From: Lama glama
Lineage: Eukaryota
Assembly (NCBI GenBank): GCA_028534125.1
Contig: CM052826.1
Coordinates: 24,428,001 to 24,492,000, forward strand
DNA: 64,000 bases
Direction: 5' to 3'
Under the pieces are notes generated by a model. The model worked only from the letters and a program-made list of their open reading frames with translations. It was not told the DNA's origin and did no database searches. The translations under genes were made by a program, and so were the position numbers. Shown here piece by piece: positions 51,400 to 64,000 of this stretch; position 1 is the stretch's first letter, and the number at the start of each line of letters is the position of its first letter.

Positions 51400-51540
51400 G
51401 ACTTAGGACCTGATCCTGGCCCTGCACTCAGGGGCCTGTACTGAGTCAGTGCTCGCGTCTCGACGTTCTTAATACTCGTTGAACCAGGGCCCTGCATTTT
51501 CACCTCTCATTGGGTCCTCCAGTTGTGTGGCTGGTCCTGT
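51400..51540 (+). mobile_element. MER91-like hAT fragment
   Basis: ttgaaccagggccctgcattttca...tgggtcctcc...tgtggctggtcctg. Confidence 0.5.
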
Positions 51541-52959
51541 GTGAGAGGAACCACGGACGTGTCACCAGACACTCCTCCCCAATCAACTTATTTACCTTTT
51601 GAATCCTAAGTGCCTATTGCTCAATTTAACTTCTTCTCATTAGTTATACAACAGGTAGTTTCAAAGGCAAGGTTACAACCCAATTGCTAAAGACCACGCA
51701 CGCCAAAGTGAAGCTCACTCCGGATAAATCACTTCTCTCTGGGTCTCGGTTTCCCCATCTGCTCCCTTGGGCTTGTAGGTATGGGTACAGGGAGTCCTTA
51801 GCCTGAATTTTTAGGGCAAATAGATTTTAAACACACTCATCTCCCTTACCAGACCAGGCCTTTAAACAGCTTTTAATTTGCCCGAACTGCCCTTCCTAAG
51901 CTTAGCTGTCTGGCAAACTGTTACTGGAATTTCAAAGCCCCACCTTCAGCACCCCGCTCTCCACGATGTCCTAGGCACAGACTTCACCGCTCCTTGGGCC
52001 CCAGGCCTAATTTTGCAGTTGGGAGCATCTGGTCCTGGCTCTGTTTTCCCCCGACTGGGGACTTCCTGAAGGCAGGAATGAGAACTAAGTCCTCTCTGAG
52101 GCCCCAGATTTGTCCAGCTCAAGGTCAGGCACACAGCAGCCTCCGCAAGAGTTCACTGAATAAACAAGCAGAGGTGACCTTTAAATTCAGGGGGTTGGAA
52201 TGGGTACAAGAGGTCTCTGGCTGGTGGTGAGTGGGCCCAGAAAAATGGTAGCAGTGCCCGCACTGCTGGGGAGCAGGTGGTGCCTCCTGCCCTGGATGTG
52301 TCTGAGCCGCCGGCCACCCCGCGGTGGGGCCAACGAGCTCAGGTCACACGAACACTGTTTGGCCAGGGCTGAGTCCACCCTCTTCCCAGCAGTGAGGCAC
52401 ATCCCTGCTTCGGTCGCATCAGGCCCCTGGAAGCGCCACGGGGGAGGGAGCCGGCGGGGAGCCCCCCAGACCCCCGCGGCCCTGCCTGAGAGGGCCCTGC
52501 TTCCTCTCCGCCTGGCCCCTGGGGCTCACCAGACCCTGTGCGCCGTTCTCTATGTGGCGGGGTGGTCTCAGAGCTCCCACCCCGCCGCGGAGACACCAAT
52601 GAGCCGACAACAATGATCGATGATCGGCAGGGAGGCGATAACCCGAGGGAGCGCGACTGGGGGCCCAGCGCGCTCTCACGTGGCTGCGAGGGCGTCTCTG
52701 TTGAGAAGCTTCCGAGCCAAGACCTGGGTTATACAAGAACCCCGGCGGCTGAGAGGTCAGGGTCAGAGTGCACCAGGGGACGGCACGGCCGTGCAAAGGC
52801 CTGCCGGTGGGAATGGCTCCATTAACCCTCATGCTGCAGAGGAGGAAACTGAGGCTCACGAGGAGAAGCCACGTGACAGGGCCTCAACAGGAGCTGGGGG
52901 TTCGGGGTTCGAACCCCGGACCGCTGGAGTCCAAGCCCCGCCAGAAGGCAGACGGGCCA

Positions 52960-53156
52960 CTGCGGACTCAGGGAACACAGCCGGCGGCATAGCACCGCCC
53001 ACACCACGCCCACCACAGGCCCCGCCCCGCGGCATGACCGGAAGTGCGCGGGGCCCCCAAGATGGCGCCCGAAACCCGGAAGTGAGCGCGACCGCGGCGA
53101 AGCTCGGAGAAACGGAGGCGCCGCGGGCTCCGCGCCCGGCCGGACCCGGGTCCGAG
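52960..53156 (+). promoter_or_regulatory. SBNO2: SBNO2 CpG-island promoter and non-coding exon 1 (donor at 53156/53157); rest of window is intron 1
   Basis: ETS/GABP CCGGAAGT at 53038-53045 and 53076-53083, YY1 CAAGATGGCG at 53058-53067, GC box, donor GAG|GTGAGG. Identity rests on synteny and recalled similarity to the human SBNO2 5' end. No SBNO2 coding exon is visible. Confidence 0.75.
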
Positions 53157-55207
53157 GTGAGGCGCGCCCGGCCCGCCCCCGCCGTCCCCGCCCGGTCGAG
53201 CCGCACTCCCCGGCCCGCGAGGGTCCTGGCTCCCCGCGGCAGCCCGCGCCCCGGGCCGGGGGTTCTGGAGTTCCGGGGTTCCCGGGCCCTGGGCGTGGGG
53301 AGCGCGGCGGTGTGGCCCCGCCCTCCGCCGCGACCCCCCCCCGACCCCGCCCTCCGCCGCAACCCCCCCAGCCCCGCCTTTCACCGCGACCCTCCGACCC
53401 CATCCTCCACCGTGAACTCTGACCCTGCCCTCCTCGGCGACCCCCGACCCTTGGCTCTTGTGACCCACCCCCGACCCACCTTCGCGTGAACCTTGGACCA
53501 CGGCGACTCCCCAGCGTTTCCTTCTCGCTCTCCTCTGATTCTGTGACCCCCTCCCTTCTTGGTGACCCCCTATCCCGAGCTCCCCGGTGATCCCTGGGCT
53601 TTACTTCTCCCTTGACCCTTGACCCTGCACTTCTCTGTGTGTCTCCAGCACTTCCTGACCCCCTCCTAACTGCCCCTCCGCCAGTGCCTGAACCCTCTCT
53701 TCTTGAGACTCTCAACCTCCATGACCTTAGTCCCTCCCTTTCTGGATGGTCCCTGACCTTAGTTCCTGCCCTTCCTCCTCAGTGTCCTCTCTCCCAGGAC
53801 CCCACCTGTCATGGCTTCTCCGCCCTGGGGCTCCTGTTCCGTGTTTGCATAGGTGGGATTCCGCATCTTTGGAATTGGTGCTTTACTGGCTTTAGCTGAC
53901 CTGGCAGAGCATGTGGGGTGGAAGTGTCCCCCGGGACTGGCACTGGGCACCTCCTCAAGGATAAGCTGGAGGGAGGTGGTGGGCAGAGGTGGCCCCCGCC
54001 CCAGAGGTGCCTAGAGCTGGAGTGGGTTGAGGAGCAGACGGTGTGGGTGGACGGGGAAAGTGCAGCCACGCACAGTGCATCTTCGCAGCATCCAGAGCGG
54101 TGTCTGGGACGGGCCTGGGTTGGGAGCAGAGACCTGGACATCCCGGCAGGAGTGCCTGGGAGGCGTGAGTGGTCTTGTAGCATTGCCTTATCAATGTTCT
54201 GCAAAGGGAAAAAGAGACTGTGTCAACTGTGTCTGCACCAGCCCCCCACAACCTCTGTTTCTTGGGGTGCTCCTTGGTCCCTCCTGCCCCGAACGCCCTT
54301 TCTCCCTGCCCACTGCCCGACCCGGCCAGCTTTCGTGCCACCTGTTTGCACCCCATATCGGAGGGTGCCCAGCCTGGAGGCAGCCTGGGATGAAGCTTGC
54401 TGGCAGGCTGTGGGGTGGTGAGTGTTCACATGGTGGCATGGGGGCTGCTGTTGGACTTTAGTTGTGAACCTGGTTACCTGCTGTCAGGCCAGGTGATCCA
54501 GCCCTGAGCCCAGCCTGGTGGGTCTGTCCCTGCAGGCACTTTGGGAAGGTTCAAGGAAAATGGGGCTGGGCCCTGGGGGCCGCAGACCCTGGAGGGAAAA
54601 AAGGCCACCTGTCCGAGGCATGAGACTCCAGAGAAGTCCAGGACCAGCATCGGCCAGTAGATGTGAGGCCCTGCCTGTCCCCAAGTCCAGATAGCCGAAC
54701 CTGACCTGACCTTGCACTTCTTGTTCACTGCATTGGGCCCTGCGTGCCCGGCTGCAGGGGCATCTATGCTGTCAGGGACCCTTATGAGCAGGGGAGGCCT
54801 AGTGCCCCGTCCTTGGTGCTGAGACCTGAGCCCATTGGGCAGCCTGGAGAAGCCACTGCCAGCCCGTCTGCACCTTTTCTTGCAAAACAATGGCTTTCCC
54901 CAGGGAGGCTGCAGAGGTGGGGGATGGCTGCTCAGGGCTGTCTACTTGGGGCGACTGGGTGGGTGGGCTGGAGAAGGGCAGGACCAGCGGGTGGTGCTAG
55001 GACCCCCCCCTCCATGGCCGGGGAGAGGCAGGTATGCGCCTTACAGACCCTGGGGAGCCTGGCGAGTGCAAGACACCATCCCCAGTGACAGCGAACTTGG
55101 GGATCCAGGGGAAGGCGCTCTGGGATTTCAGAGGGCATGAAGGCCCTTTGTTTAACTTTGAGCTTCTGTGCAGACTTCTGCTCACACCTGCCTGGAGCCG
55201 GACCCGC

Positions 55208-55210
<3 letters not shown>

Positions 55211-55244
<34 letters not shown>
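55211..55244 (+). repeat. (GT)17 microsatellite
   Basis: Perfect dinucleotide run. Confidence 0.97.
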
Positions 55245-55245
<1 letters not shown>

Positions 55246-56454
55246 GGGGGGAATCTGCTTGGCAGGGGGTGGAGGGAGCCCCAGGGGCCCAGACGAGGGG
55301 TCTGATTTCCAGGGTAGCCTGTGGGGCAGAGCACAGGAGAGGCAGAGGCACTTGGATTTGAAGTTGGAGTTGGGTAGGGCAGGCTGGGCCACAGGTGTGC
55401 AGCCCGGGGCCAGCTCTCTCCAGCTGCCTGACCTTCGGCCAGCCACCAGCCCCACTTGGGGGAAACTGAGGCTGGACCTTCCTGGCCCATGGGTTTGGTT
55501 CTCACTGGGGACGAGACCAGCCCAGGCTGGCTCAGCTTGGTTTGAGCAGAGTCTCAGATGCCCCTCCAGCAGGGGCCGGGTGGAAATGCTGACCCAGCAC
55601 GAGGCTCTGGCCGCGTGAGCGAGCTGGGCCGGGAATAAAGAGGCCGCTGTGTACAGGCCCTAGAGGCTGCCTCCCTCCCGGGACGGCCTCTGCCTAACGA
55701 TGCTTTTACAGCCGCTGGCGGGGGCGGGGATCTGCTTGTCCCCTGGGTGGGGTCACGTCATCGAAAAGTGAAGACACTGCAGGGCTGACACACAGGCCGG
55801 GGAGACCTCCCCCACCCCCACCAGCGCAGTTCCTGGGCACGCATGCGCCTGCGAGGACACAAGTGTGGTGTGCGCAGCAGTGCGCATACCTGGAGAGTGT
55901 GTGTGCATGTGTCACGTGTGTGCTATGTGCACTTTTGTGCATGCATGGTCAAGTGTGTGTACATGTGAGAGTGTGTGCGTGTGTGTTGTGTGCATGTGCG
56001 ATCTGGCCTGGGCAGGTTGTAGCCTCTCCAACCACTTTTTCTGCAGCCCAGGGCCTTGTGGTCAGGCGCAGGGAGGGCCAGGTGTGGCCGGCTGCCTGGT
56101 GTCGCTGAGAGCGAGGTCACTCAGACCTGTCCAGGCCTGGCCTGCCCTGCTCGCCTGCCATCTCCCCCATCTGCCCAGGCCGGTGCAGCCTCGAGTTCTG
56201 ATGCCTATGGGTCCCCTCTCCCCTGACCGGAAACCCAGTCCCTGTCCCTGAGTACCTGCTGCTGGCAGGTCAGTCCACAGGTGGGACCTTAATGGGGCTG
56301 AAATGGAAGCAAACTTCCTTCATCATCCCGTGCTGGGAGGTGTGGCCGCCCTGCCCTTGAGTGGGTAACTCAGGTGAGGGCCTGGACTGTGGATTTCTGC
56401 TGCTCTGGGCTTGCCAGGCCCCCTGGGGAGGCAGAGCTAGGACTTGTCATTTAC

Positions 56455-56775
56455 ATACAGCGACGTGGACAGACCTTGAGAACACGATGCTCAGTGAGAG
56501 AAGCAGACACAGAAAAACACAGTGTGCGATTCCATGGATGTGAAACGTCCAGAACAGGCCAGTCCCCAGACACAGGGAAGGGGTTCCTGGTCGTCAGGGG
56601 CTGGAGGAGGGGGCAGGGGTGACTGCTAATAGGGACGCTGTTTCTTTTTGGCGTGATGGAATGTTCTGGATTCGATAGAGGTGGTTCTTGCACAACCCTG
56701 TGGATGTATCAAATACCACTGAATGGTACACTTTAAATGGGTGAAGTGTGTGGCATGTGAATTGCATCTCCAAAA
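56455..56775 (+). mobile_element. L1M(B)-like 3' end fragment (copy G)
   Basis: Core with 2 mismatches; ends accactgaatggtacactttaaatgggtgaa...gtgaattgcatctc plus A-rich tail. Confidence 0.8.
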
Positions 56776-59700
56776 ACAAAAAAGTGTTAGAGAGAAAGAA
56801 AGAGAGAAAGCAGGGTCTGGTCAGCCCTCAGATGCCATGGGCTGCGGCCTGGGGTGAGTGGGCGTCGGTCAGTCAGGCGTTTTCTGGGGCCCCACAAGGC
56901 GGGACAGAGGAGGTGTGGTGTCCACGTTTTAAGGAGGGTAAATGAGGCTCCCGTGGGAGTGCCCAAGCCCTACCTTTGTCCCAACTGTTCCTGCAGGAAG
57001 TGGTCTTGGAGGGACGTGGGCTCGAGGTACAGGGGTGCCTTGGACCGTGTGTGGGCAGTGGGAGGCCTGCTGAGCCCCTCCTGGAAACCTGGGCCCTGCA
57101 GGAGGTGGCAGATGGGGCTGGCTGTGTCCTGGCCCCCCTGTCGGTTCCTCTGCTTGGGCGGGCTACCCTCCCCAGCCCCGTGAGGCCAGATGATGGCGGA
57201 GAGAGGAGGCCCCCCAAATCCATCCATTTCAGTGACTCCCCCTGTGCCCATGGGGCAGGAAGGGGGTGTCCACAACATAGCCAGCGGGAACACAGTCCTG
57301 GGGAAGGCAGTGAACTTGACCCCAGCTGTGTGCCGGCGCAGGGGAGTGGGTCACCCAGCACCTCCCTTAGTTCTCAGGTTCCCCTTCCAAGCCAGGAGCC
57401 TGCCCAGCCTTCCTGGGCCCCAGGGGGCAGGGCCTGGCCAGGGCAGGTGCCCCAGGCTGGGCCTCAGTCCTTATAGGAGCAGATCCCCAAGTGAAACTGA
57501 AAGAGGCCCAGAGGGCCTGCCTCCGAGGCCTGCAGCTGGTGTGAGGGCTGCGTGCCACATTCCGGAAGGCGTCGGGCCGGGGGTCAGAGGCTGACACAGG
57601 AAGCAGGGACGGAGGAGGGAGGGCCGCGGACCTGCAATAAACGTTTATGGCACTGACTCACCACCGGAATGGTGTGAGTGTCCCGCTCACTGATGGCCCA
57701 GAGGTGCTGGGAGCAGCCTGGGTGGATGGTGGGTCCTCTACCCATGAGGTGAACTGAGGAACACCAGCCCGGGACCTGCAGTGGTGTGGGCATGGGGCCC
57801 TCCCTCTTTCGGCCGTGCCCTGTGGGTGTGCACTGGGTCTGGGGGTGCATAGGGTCGTCAGAGCTCAGCGGTGTTGGGAGGAGGGGGCTCTGCTCTGGGA
57901 GCTGCACACTGGGGACGTGGGACCCCTGTGCATGCCCAGCTGCTGGCCCAGGCTGCTTCTGAGCTTGGCAGTCTCGGCCCAGGGTAGGGGGACCTCTCCT
58001 GGTGCCGCCTGGGGCATTTTGGGGGGCTTCATCAGATTCTGGCCCTCCAGGAGCTCAGCTGACTGTTTGGTGGGGGTTGCGGCTCAGGGTGGGTGAGCCC
58101 CCAGGTAGGTATCGGGGGCTGTATCGACAGCCCTGGTTAGGGAGTCCTGGTTGGAAACCCGAGGGCTGGGCAGCTCTGTCCCTGGCACCGTGGGAACCTG
58201 GGGAAGGGCGCCCCACACTGGGACAGAGGTGGAGTGCAGCTTTGAGAAACCAGAGTCGGCCACCCCCAAATCCAGGCCTGCCACTGCTCTTGCAAAAGCA
58301 GCCCGTCTGGAAGCCCTGGGCCGCGTCCCTGCGCGGTGGAGATTGTGCTGCACCAGCTGCCAGCTGGGCCCCCACCGGCCCAGCGGCTCCTCTGTGCTCC
58401 TGAGGAGGCTCCTGCAGGAGGGGCCGCCAGGGTCTCACCGCCTCCAGGCACCCACGGGGAGCTGGCCCGTGTCCCCAGAACCTGTTACCCTGCTGCCTGC
58501 CTGTCCACTTGCAAGCTGTGTCCTCGCTGGATTCTGGGGTTGTCTTCGTAATGGCCCCAGGGACACCCTGTCCTGGTCCTGGGACCTGCAGACATGTCAC
58601 CTCACACACAAAGGGACTCCGCAGGTGGGGTTAAGTTAAGGCCCCTGAGATGGGGGTGACCCTGGATTGCCGGGGGACCCCGTGTCCTCACAAGTGTCTG
58701 TAGACGCAGAGGACTTCCTCCACTGGAGGCTGAAAGGGGCTTGGGAGGCAAAGCTCTGGGGCCCCATGTGCTGCTGCTAGCTGCAGAGGTGGGGTGGCCT
58801 GGCCCACCACCGGCGCAGAGTTGCCCTCGGCCCTGCCGACAGGATGAGAGCTGAGCCTGGGGCCTCGTGAGACCTGGCGCTGCGGGCCGGCGAGCTGGCC
58901 TGGGCTTCTGAGTTTGTGGGCACTCATCTCAGGGGAAGAAGAAGCAGATCCAGGCTCTGCCGGCGGATCTTGGGGTTCCCGTTACTGTGACTGGGGGCAT
59001 CTGCCCTCTTCTTAGAGGTGGGCACAGGGACACGCAGAACCTTCCTCCTGCAGGACACCGGTGCCCTTCGGCTTGGGCGAAGGTGTCTTCTGATGTCCTT
59101 GGCACCAGGCTGGACTGAAGGAGCTCAAGGAGGGTGCTGATGGGTCGGATTGCTCACCCAGGACTAGTGCGACCCGGCCTTGGGCAGCACCAGCCGCTGT
59201 CTGGCTCAGTGCTCTCCGAGGCGCTGGCTAGAGAGACCTGACATGCTGGCTGGCCAGAGGCTCTCCTGACATCAAGCAGGGATGGCAGCGAGCTCCAGAA
59301 GGCACAGACCACCCTCCTCACAGACTCTGGACAGACTGGGGCAAATCAGCGTCAAAGGACCAGGAAGTCCAGCCCACTGGGGATTGGCTTAACATCCACT
59401 GGGGGAAGAAGACTTGGGGGTCAGAGAAGACCACAAGCTCAGTGTATGTAAAGCCTTTTAAAGAGCATGAATAATCACAAGCCCTGAGCACACTCTTCCC
59501 AGAAGAACCCACGTGGAAGAGGCCCTGCTGCCATGGGCAGCCTCGCCACCCCTGTCCATGTGGGCAGAGGTTCACAGGTCCGCCCGCAGCAAGGGTGGGC
59601 CACGGGCACAGCAGCTGGAACTCTGTCCTCGCCAGCGGGTTCTCCGTGCCTGGAAGACCCAGGCTCAGGGTCCCCAGCTGAAACTGAGGAGACTCCCTGG

Positions 59701-60824
59701 CCTGGTCCCCATTCCTCCCTGGTGCCCCAAGCTGTGCCCCACGAGGGCTGTGGGACTGTAACAGGTCCTTACAGGTGCGGCCCGGCTGCTCTGGGTGTAC
59801 GAACCTCTTTTGGAAGCACCCTCCCTGCCGTGCAGCACCCTGCAGCGGTGTTCCGTGCCCTCGGCGGACAGGCCCGCGGTCTCCGACGCAGCCGGCACAG
59901 GCGGCCCGCGTCTGTGCCTCCAGGACTCCACCCCAGGGTCTCCGCTTCTGCGTAAACGCTGTAAGCGCTCGTCTAGGCCACAGCACGTGGGTCTGGGGCT
60001 GGTTCTGCAGTCTCTGCTCGCAGCCAGCCTTGCCCTCGTGGCCACTGGCTGGTCTGGGGTGTGTGGGGGGAGCCCTGACGCCTGCTGCCTGCTTTGCCTG
60101 CCTGGCTCTGTCGTCAGGTGCATGGCTGCCCCCGACCCCGGGTCCCGGACAGAGGCCAGCATTCGGGGACACCTGTGTGCTCCCCAGGGGCCAGGGCCCA
60201 CGTGGTCTGGCCCTGCTGCTTCCACTCGGGCTTGGGGTAGGGGGATGACGGGTGGTGGACTTGCCCTCCCACCGTGGCTTCCTCCGTTTGGCCTTGTGCT
60301 GAGCAGCCCAGGCCAGGGCTGAGGCATCGAACGAGCTGCCTCTGATGCTGCGGCCCCCCAACGTGGGGGGAGGGGGCTTCATGTCCCAGCAGGCCAGGAG
60401 GTTCTGCAAGAGATGGCTTGTCACTTCAGAAACCTGCTCTCAACAGAGCTGGGAGCCTGGCCCCCTGCAGGGCCTGTCACCCCGTTGACAGCAGAACTGG
60501 AAATTCAGCCCTTGGCCTTGTATGCTCTTAAACGGGGCATCTGAGCGGGACCCACCCCGTCCTTTGTCCCAGACAGAAGGGCTCCCCTCCCACCCAGCTG
60601 GTGTGTGCACAGGGGCTGGCCCCTGCCGTCTTGGCACCCTGGACCTGCAGCGTCCCACCTGCCCCCGGGAACCCTGTAGAGGCCACAGGTTGCTGCTTGG
60701 CGCCAGCCATGCCCAGGCAGTGGTGCTCCTGGCCCTGGGGTGGGGGTCACAGGGGTTTGAGCTGAGGGTTCTGATGGCTCTGGCTGAGGTTTGCCTCCCC
60801 CTTCTCTCCGAGTGTCCCCGGACG

Positions 60825-61175
60825 GCCACAACGGCTGATCACGCACTGGGTGGCTTAAACCACAGAGATTTACTCTCTCACAGTCCTGGAGGCCAGATGT
60901 CTGAGAGCAAGGTGTCTCAGGCTGGGAGGTGTCCTTCCTGCCTCTTCCAGCTTCTGGGGGCCCCAGGCGTCTCTCAGACCGTGGTCATATCACCCCGGTC
61001 TCTGTGTCCATCTCCTCTGTGTGTGTGAGTCCAGGATTCTGTCTTAACGCAGATACCAGACTTTGTGTCAGGGCCTCTGCACTGCAGTACCTAATTTTGT
61101 AACATATTTCACTTGCAAAGACCCTGTTTCTAGATGAGGACCTGTTCCCGGATTCCCGGTGGACGTTATCTTGGA
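60825..61175 (-). mobile_element. MLT1-type solo LTR
   Basis: ctgggtggcttaaac.acaga.attta.tctctcacagt.ctggaggccaga.gtctgaga.caaggtgtc...ttgcaaagaccctgtttc. Confidence 0.75.
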
Positions 61176-62609
61176 GGAAACCAGTCTCTCCAGTATGCTT
61201 CCTCTGTCTCACCAGGCTCCCCCTGCACCCTGGGCCCTGCTCCAAATCCCCACCTCCCACCGTTCACCAGCTGCCCCAACCTGGTGTGTCCCACCTGAGC
61301 ACCTGGCCTCAGTGGTCAGTTGGTGAAGAAGGGCTCCTGAGGGACCCTCCCTCGGAACCCTTTCCCTCGCCTCCCCTCCCCCTTCCTTTGCGGCGCACTG
61401 GCGGACCCAGTGTCCAGGGGCACATGCCCTTGGGGATCCTGAGAGCTGAGCTGTGCCAACAAGCCCAGCCCGGACCTCCGTGTGGGGCCAGTGCCCCCAG
61501 GAGGTTGGCTCAGTCCCCTGTCCCTTCATCCCTCTGATTTCAGCACACACTTTCTCGGCTGGGCATTTCCATCTGGGAGCAGAGGAGTCTCTCCAGGGTG
61601 TCCCCACCTGGGCACGCCTACAGGGGACTGACCCCAGGCTGGCTCTAACCAGTTGGGTGAAGAGGGATTGGTCCCCAGACATATTGGTCGGCTAAGCTGG
61701 GGCCTAGCCAGGCCTCCAGTTTCCATCAGGGCCTTTTCTCCCATCCCAGGACCCCAGGGCCATGGCTCAGAGCCCAGCAGATGGTAGCCGGGTGTCTGCC
61801 ATCCTGTGCCATGTGGGAGACCAGTGGGTCCCTGATGCCTGCAGACGGGGTTCCTAGGGGACACAGATGAGGTATCAAGTGGCCAGCAGGGCCTGGGCAC
61901 CACCAGGCAGAGGGTCCGGGGGGTGCCTGGGGGGCCTGAGGAAATAGGGTCCAACAGGCCCAGCCGCTAGCCCTGGGGGCACCTGAGGTCTGGCCAGGGT
62001 GGCAGGGCCAGGCGGGCTCAGTAGAGGGGCAGGGGTGGCCGCGGTCAGCGGCCAGCTGGGCACGCCCGAGGGGCCAGGCTCTCCCAGACGTTGCTCTTCC
62101 CACGTTCTGCTCCCCTCCTCCCCCGTTGTCCAGTCTCAGCCCCTAATTCCTTGATTTTTCTCTTTTACAACGACTCATTCAAACCTGAACTCAGAAGGAA
62201 ATCCTGCAGCACAAAGCAGGCTGAAGGGCAGGCCCCTCCCCGAGAGCACCTTGCGAGCACCCCGCCCCACAGGCTGTGGGACTCACGCCTGAAAATCCAC
62301 GCTGGGTGCCCCCCACCGGTCACACTCCCCACCACCAGACCAGGCCGGAAGGCCCCCTGGGGGTGTGGCACGTTCACCCCCTGGAGCTCCGGAGCTGGGG
62401 GCAGGGTCCTGATCCCAGGACTGCAGGATGGAGGAAGGCGGGGACATGGAGGAGGGCTGTGTTTGGGGGCTGCCCCAGTACTGGGTGGGTGGGGGGAAGT
62501 GTGAGCAGGAAGCCCAAGGCTGTGGAGGTGGGGTGGGGAAATGATGGGGAGGGGCACCAAGGGACGGGCCCTGGGGGCCCGGGGTGGGGGTGGTGGGCAC
62601 AGTGTCCCT

Positions 62610-63030
62610 CCTCCCCAGCCCCTGACAATCAGGAATCCACTTTGTGTCTGTGGACTGGCCTCTTCTGGACGTCTCACATCCATGGAGTCACACTGTGTGT
62701 CCTTCTGTGTCTGCTTCTCTCCCTGAGCGTCGTGCTCTCAGGGTCCGTCCACGTGGGAGCGGGTGTCAGGGCTGCTCTCCTGGTCACGGCTGAGCGATGC
62801 TTCCGCGTGTGGAGGGATGCGGTCTGTGTCCATCCTCCATCGATGGACACTTGTATTGCTCCCGCCTTTCGGCGGCTGTGAGCCCCGCTGCCTGCCGTGG
62901 ACGTGCACGTGTGGGCCTCTCGTAGATGCGTGCATTTGTCTGTCCTGGGTGGGAGCCTGGGGACAGAATTGCTGGGTCTTTGGTGGCTGCCTCGCCGTCC
63001 GAGGTGCTGCTGACCCCCAGGCTCCACCAC
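62610..63030 (-). mobile_element. L1M(B)-like 3' end fragment (copy H)
   Basis: Reverse-complement core 25-mer at 62697-62721. Confidence 0.78.
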
Positions 63031-64000
63031 TTGACACCCCTCCCACTGTGTCTCCTTGGCCCTGATCTGTGTCCCTGGTACCCAGCAGCCACGTTGACTC
63101 TCAGCCATGTCCCTCCCCTCTGCACATCCCCTCCAGGTCCAATTCTCAACCCCTGCTTGGTCAGAGAAGCCTCTTGGGGTCCCCAAGGCATGCCCCATCT
63201 TGTCTTTGAAAACACAGGACGTCCCTGCCGTGACACAGAACCCCCCCAGTCATGGCTCCCCGCAGGTCTGGAACCCTCACTACAGGGACAGACCTCTGAA
63301 AGGTTGTGTTGCCCTGGACGGTGGGTGACCATACGTTGCCTGAGCTCTCTGGGGCTGCCACTCAGAACGGGGTGCGTGGGACGCCGTGCTGGCTGGGCCT
63401 GCTGCTGGTGGGGGTCCCCCATGGGTCCCTGGGGAGCTGCCCATGCCCCACCATACTGCTCAGTTGTGGGCTCTGGACGGGGCTTTGGGGGGAGCAGCCC
63501 AGTCTCTGTGGAGTGCCCGCTAATGGGAGGGGGTCGGCTTTGAAGGCTCCTGGCGGCCAAGAGTGGGACGCCATGGCAGCAGGGGTGCCGATAGGGCTCA
63601 GTGGGAGGTCCTGGGGGTGGTGCTTGCTGCCAAGATGGGACGGTGGGTGACTCCAGGGACAGAGCGAGTCGCCTGCGCCACATTCAGGCTTGTGAGCTTT
63701 TCGCCCAGCTCTGTCCCAGGTGCTGGGGCAGACCCTTCACGGGGTGGGGTCCCCCAAGGAGCTTCCTGGGTCCTCCACGAAGGCAGCAGTCACTTAACTG
63801 GGGGCTTGGGCTCTGCCGAGTCCTGCTGAGCCTTGAGCACACACGCCAAACCCCCAGCCTCAGACAAGCGCACTGAGGCTGAGGGGAGCTCAGCGTCCTG
63901 GTTGTCAGTTTTCCCCGCCTTGGACAGCTGAGCTGGGCTTTGGCCGTTTGCCTGACCAAGACCACGGGTCACAGAGCAGCCGTGCATTCACTGCGGGTGA

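Noticed and set aside
53062-53085. ATG GCG CCC... as the SBNO2 start codon
   Set aside because: It closes after 7 codons (MAPETRK then TGA), is part of a YY1 motif and probably lies at or before the TSS. SBNO2 coding exons are beyond the window.
55860-56000. Cys/Val-rich ORFs resembling metallothionein or keratin-associated proteins
   Set aside because: They are translations of a degenerate (TG)n/(CA)n low-complexity tract.
59318-60424. 368-aa minus-strand ORF in SBNO2 intron 1 (also 6442..7368, 18013..19014, 49504..50424, 62784..63683)
   Set aside because: No recognisable homology or motif, mostly non-ATG starts, composition typical of GC-rich non-coding DNA.

Overview
GC-rich mammalian genomic DNA, not prokaryotic or viral. 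It is syntenic with human 19p13.3 in reverse orientation. It contains the complete ATP5F1D gene (minus strand, 4 coding exons, 168 aa) and CBARP/C19orf26/BARP (plus strand, 9 coding exons, exon 7 partly lost in an N-gap). It also contains the complete STK11/LKB1 gene (minus strand; 437-aa long isoform, alternative exon 9a giving a 413-aa short isoform, U12-type AT-AC intron 2, non-coding last exon) and the CpG-island promoter, non-coding exon 1 and part of intron 1 of SBNO2 (plus strand). The CpG-rich window start is probably upstream of MIDN, by synteny only. tRNA-Ala-derived SINEs suggest a camelid host. The STK11-SBNO2 interval is filled with old L1/L2/MIR/MLT/MER fragments. I found no novel multi-gene system, and most ORFs in the supplied track are GC-rich noise. 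The best leads are: (i) eight dispersed L1M-3'-like copies, six sharing an identical GC-shifted core, pointing to a young derived family or ectopic gene conversion; (ii) a CBARP exon 9 extension that can be spliced in frame or terminate; (iii) a candidate CBARP poison exon; (iv) a TISU-initiated uORF at the STK11 start site. Comparisons with human proteins and repeat consensuses are from memory and need alignment.
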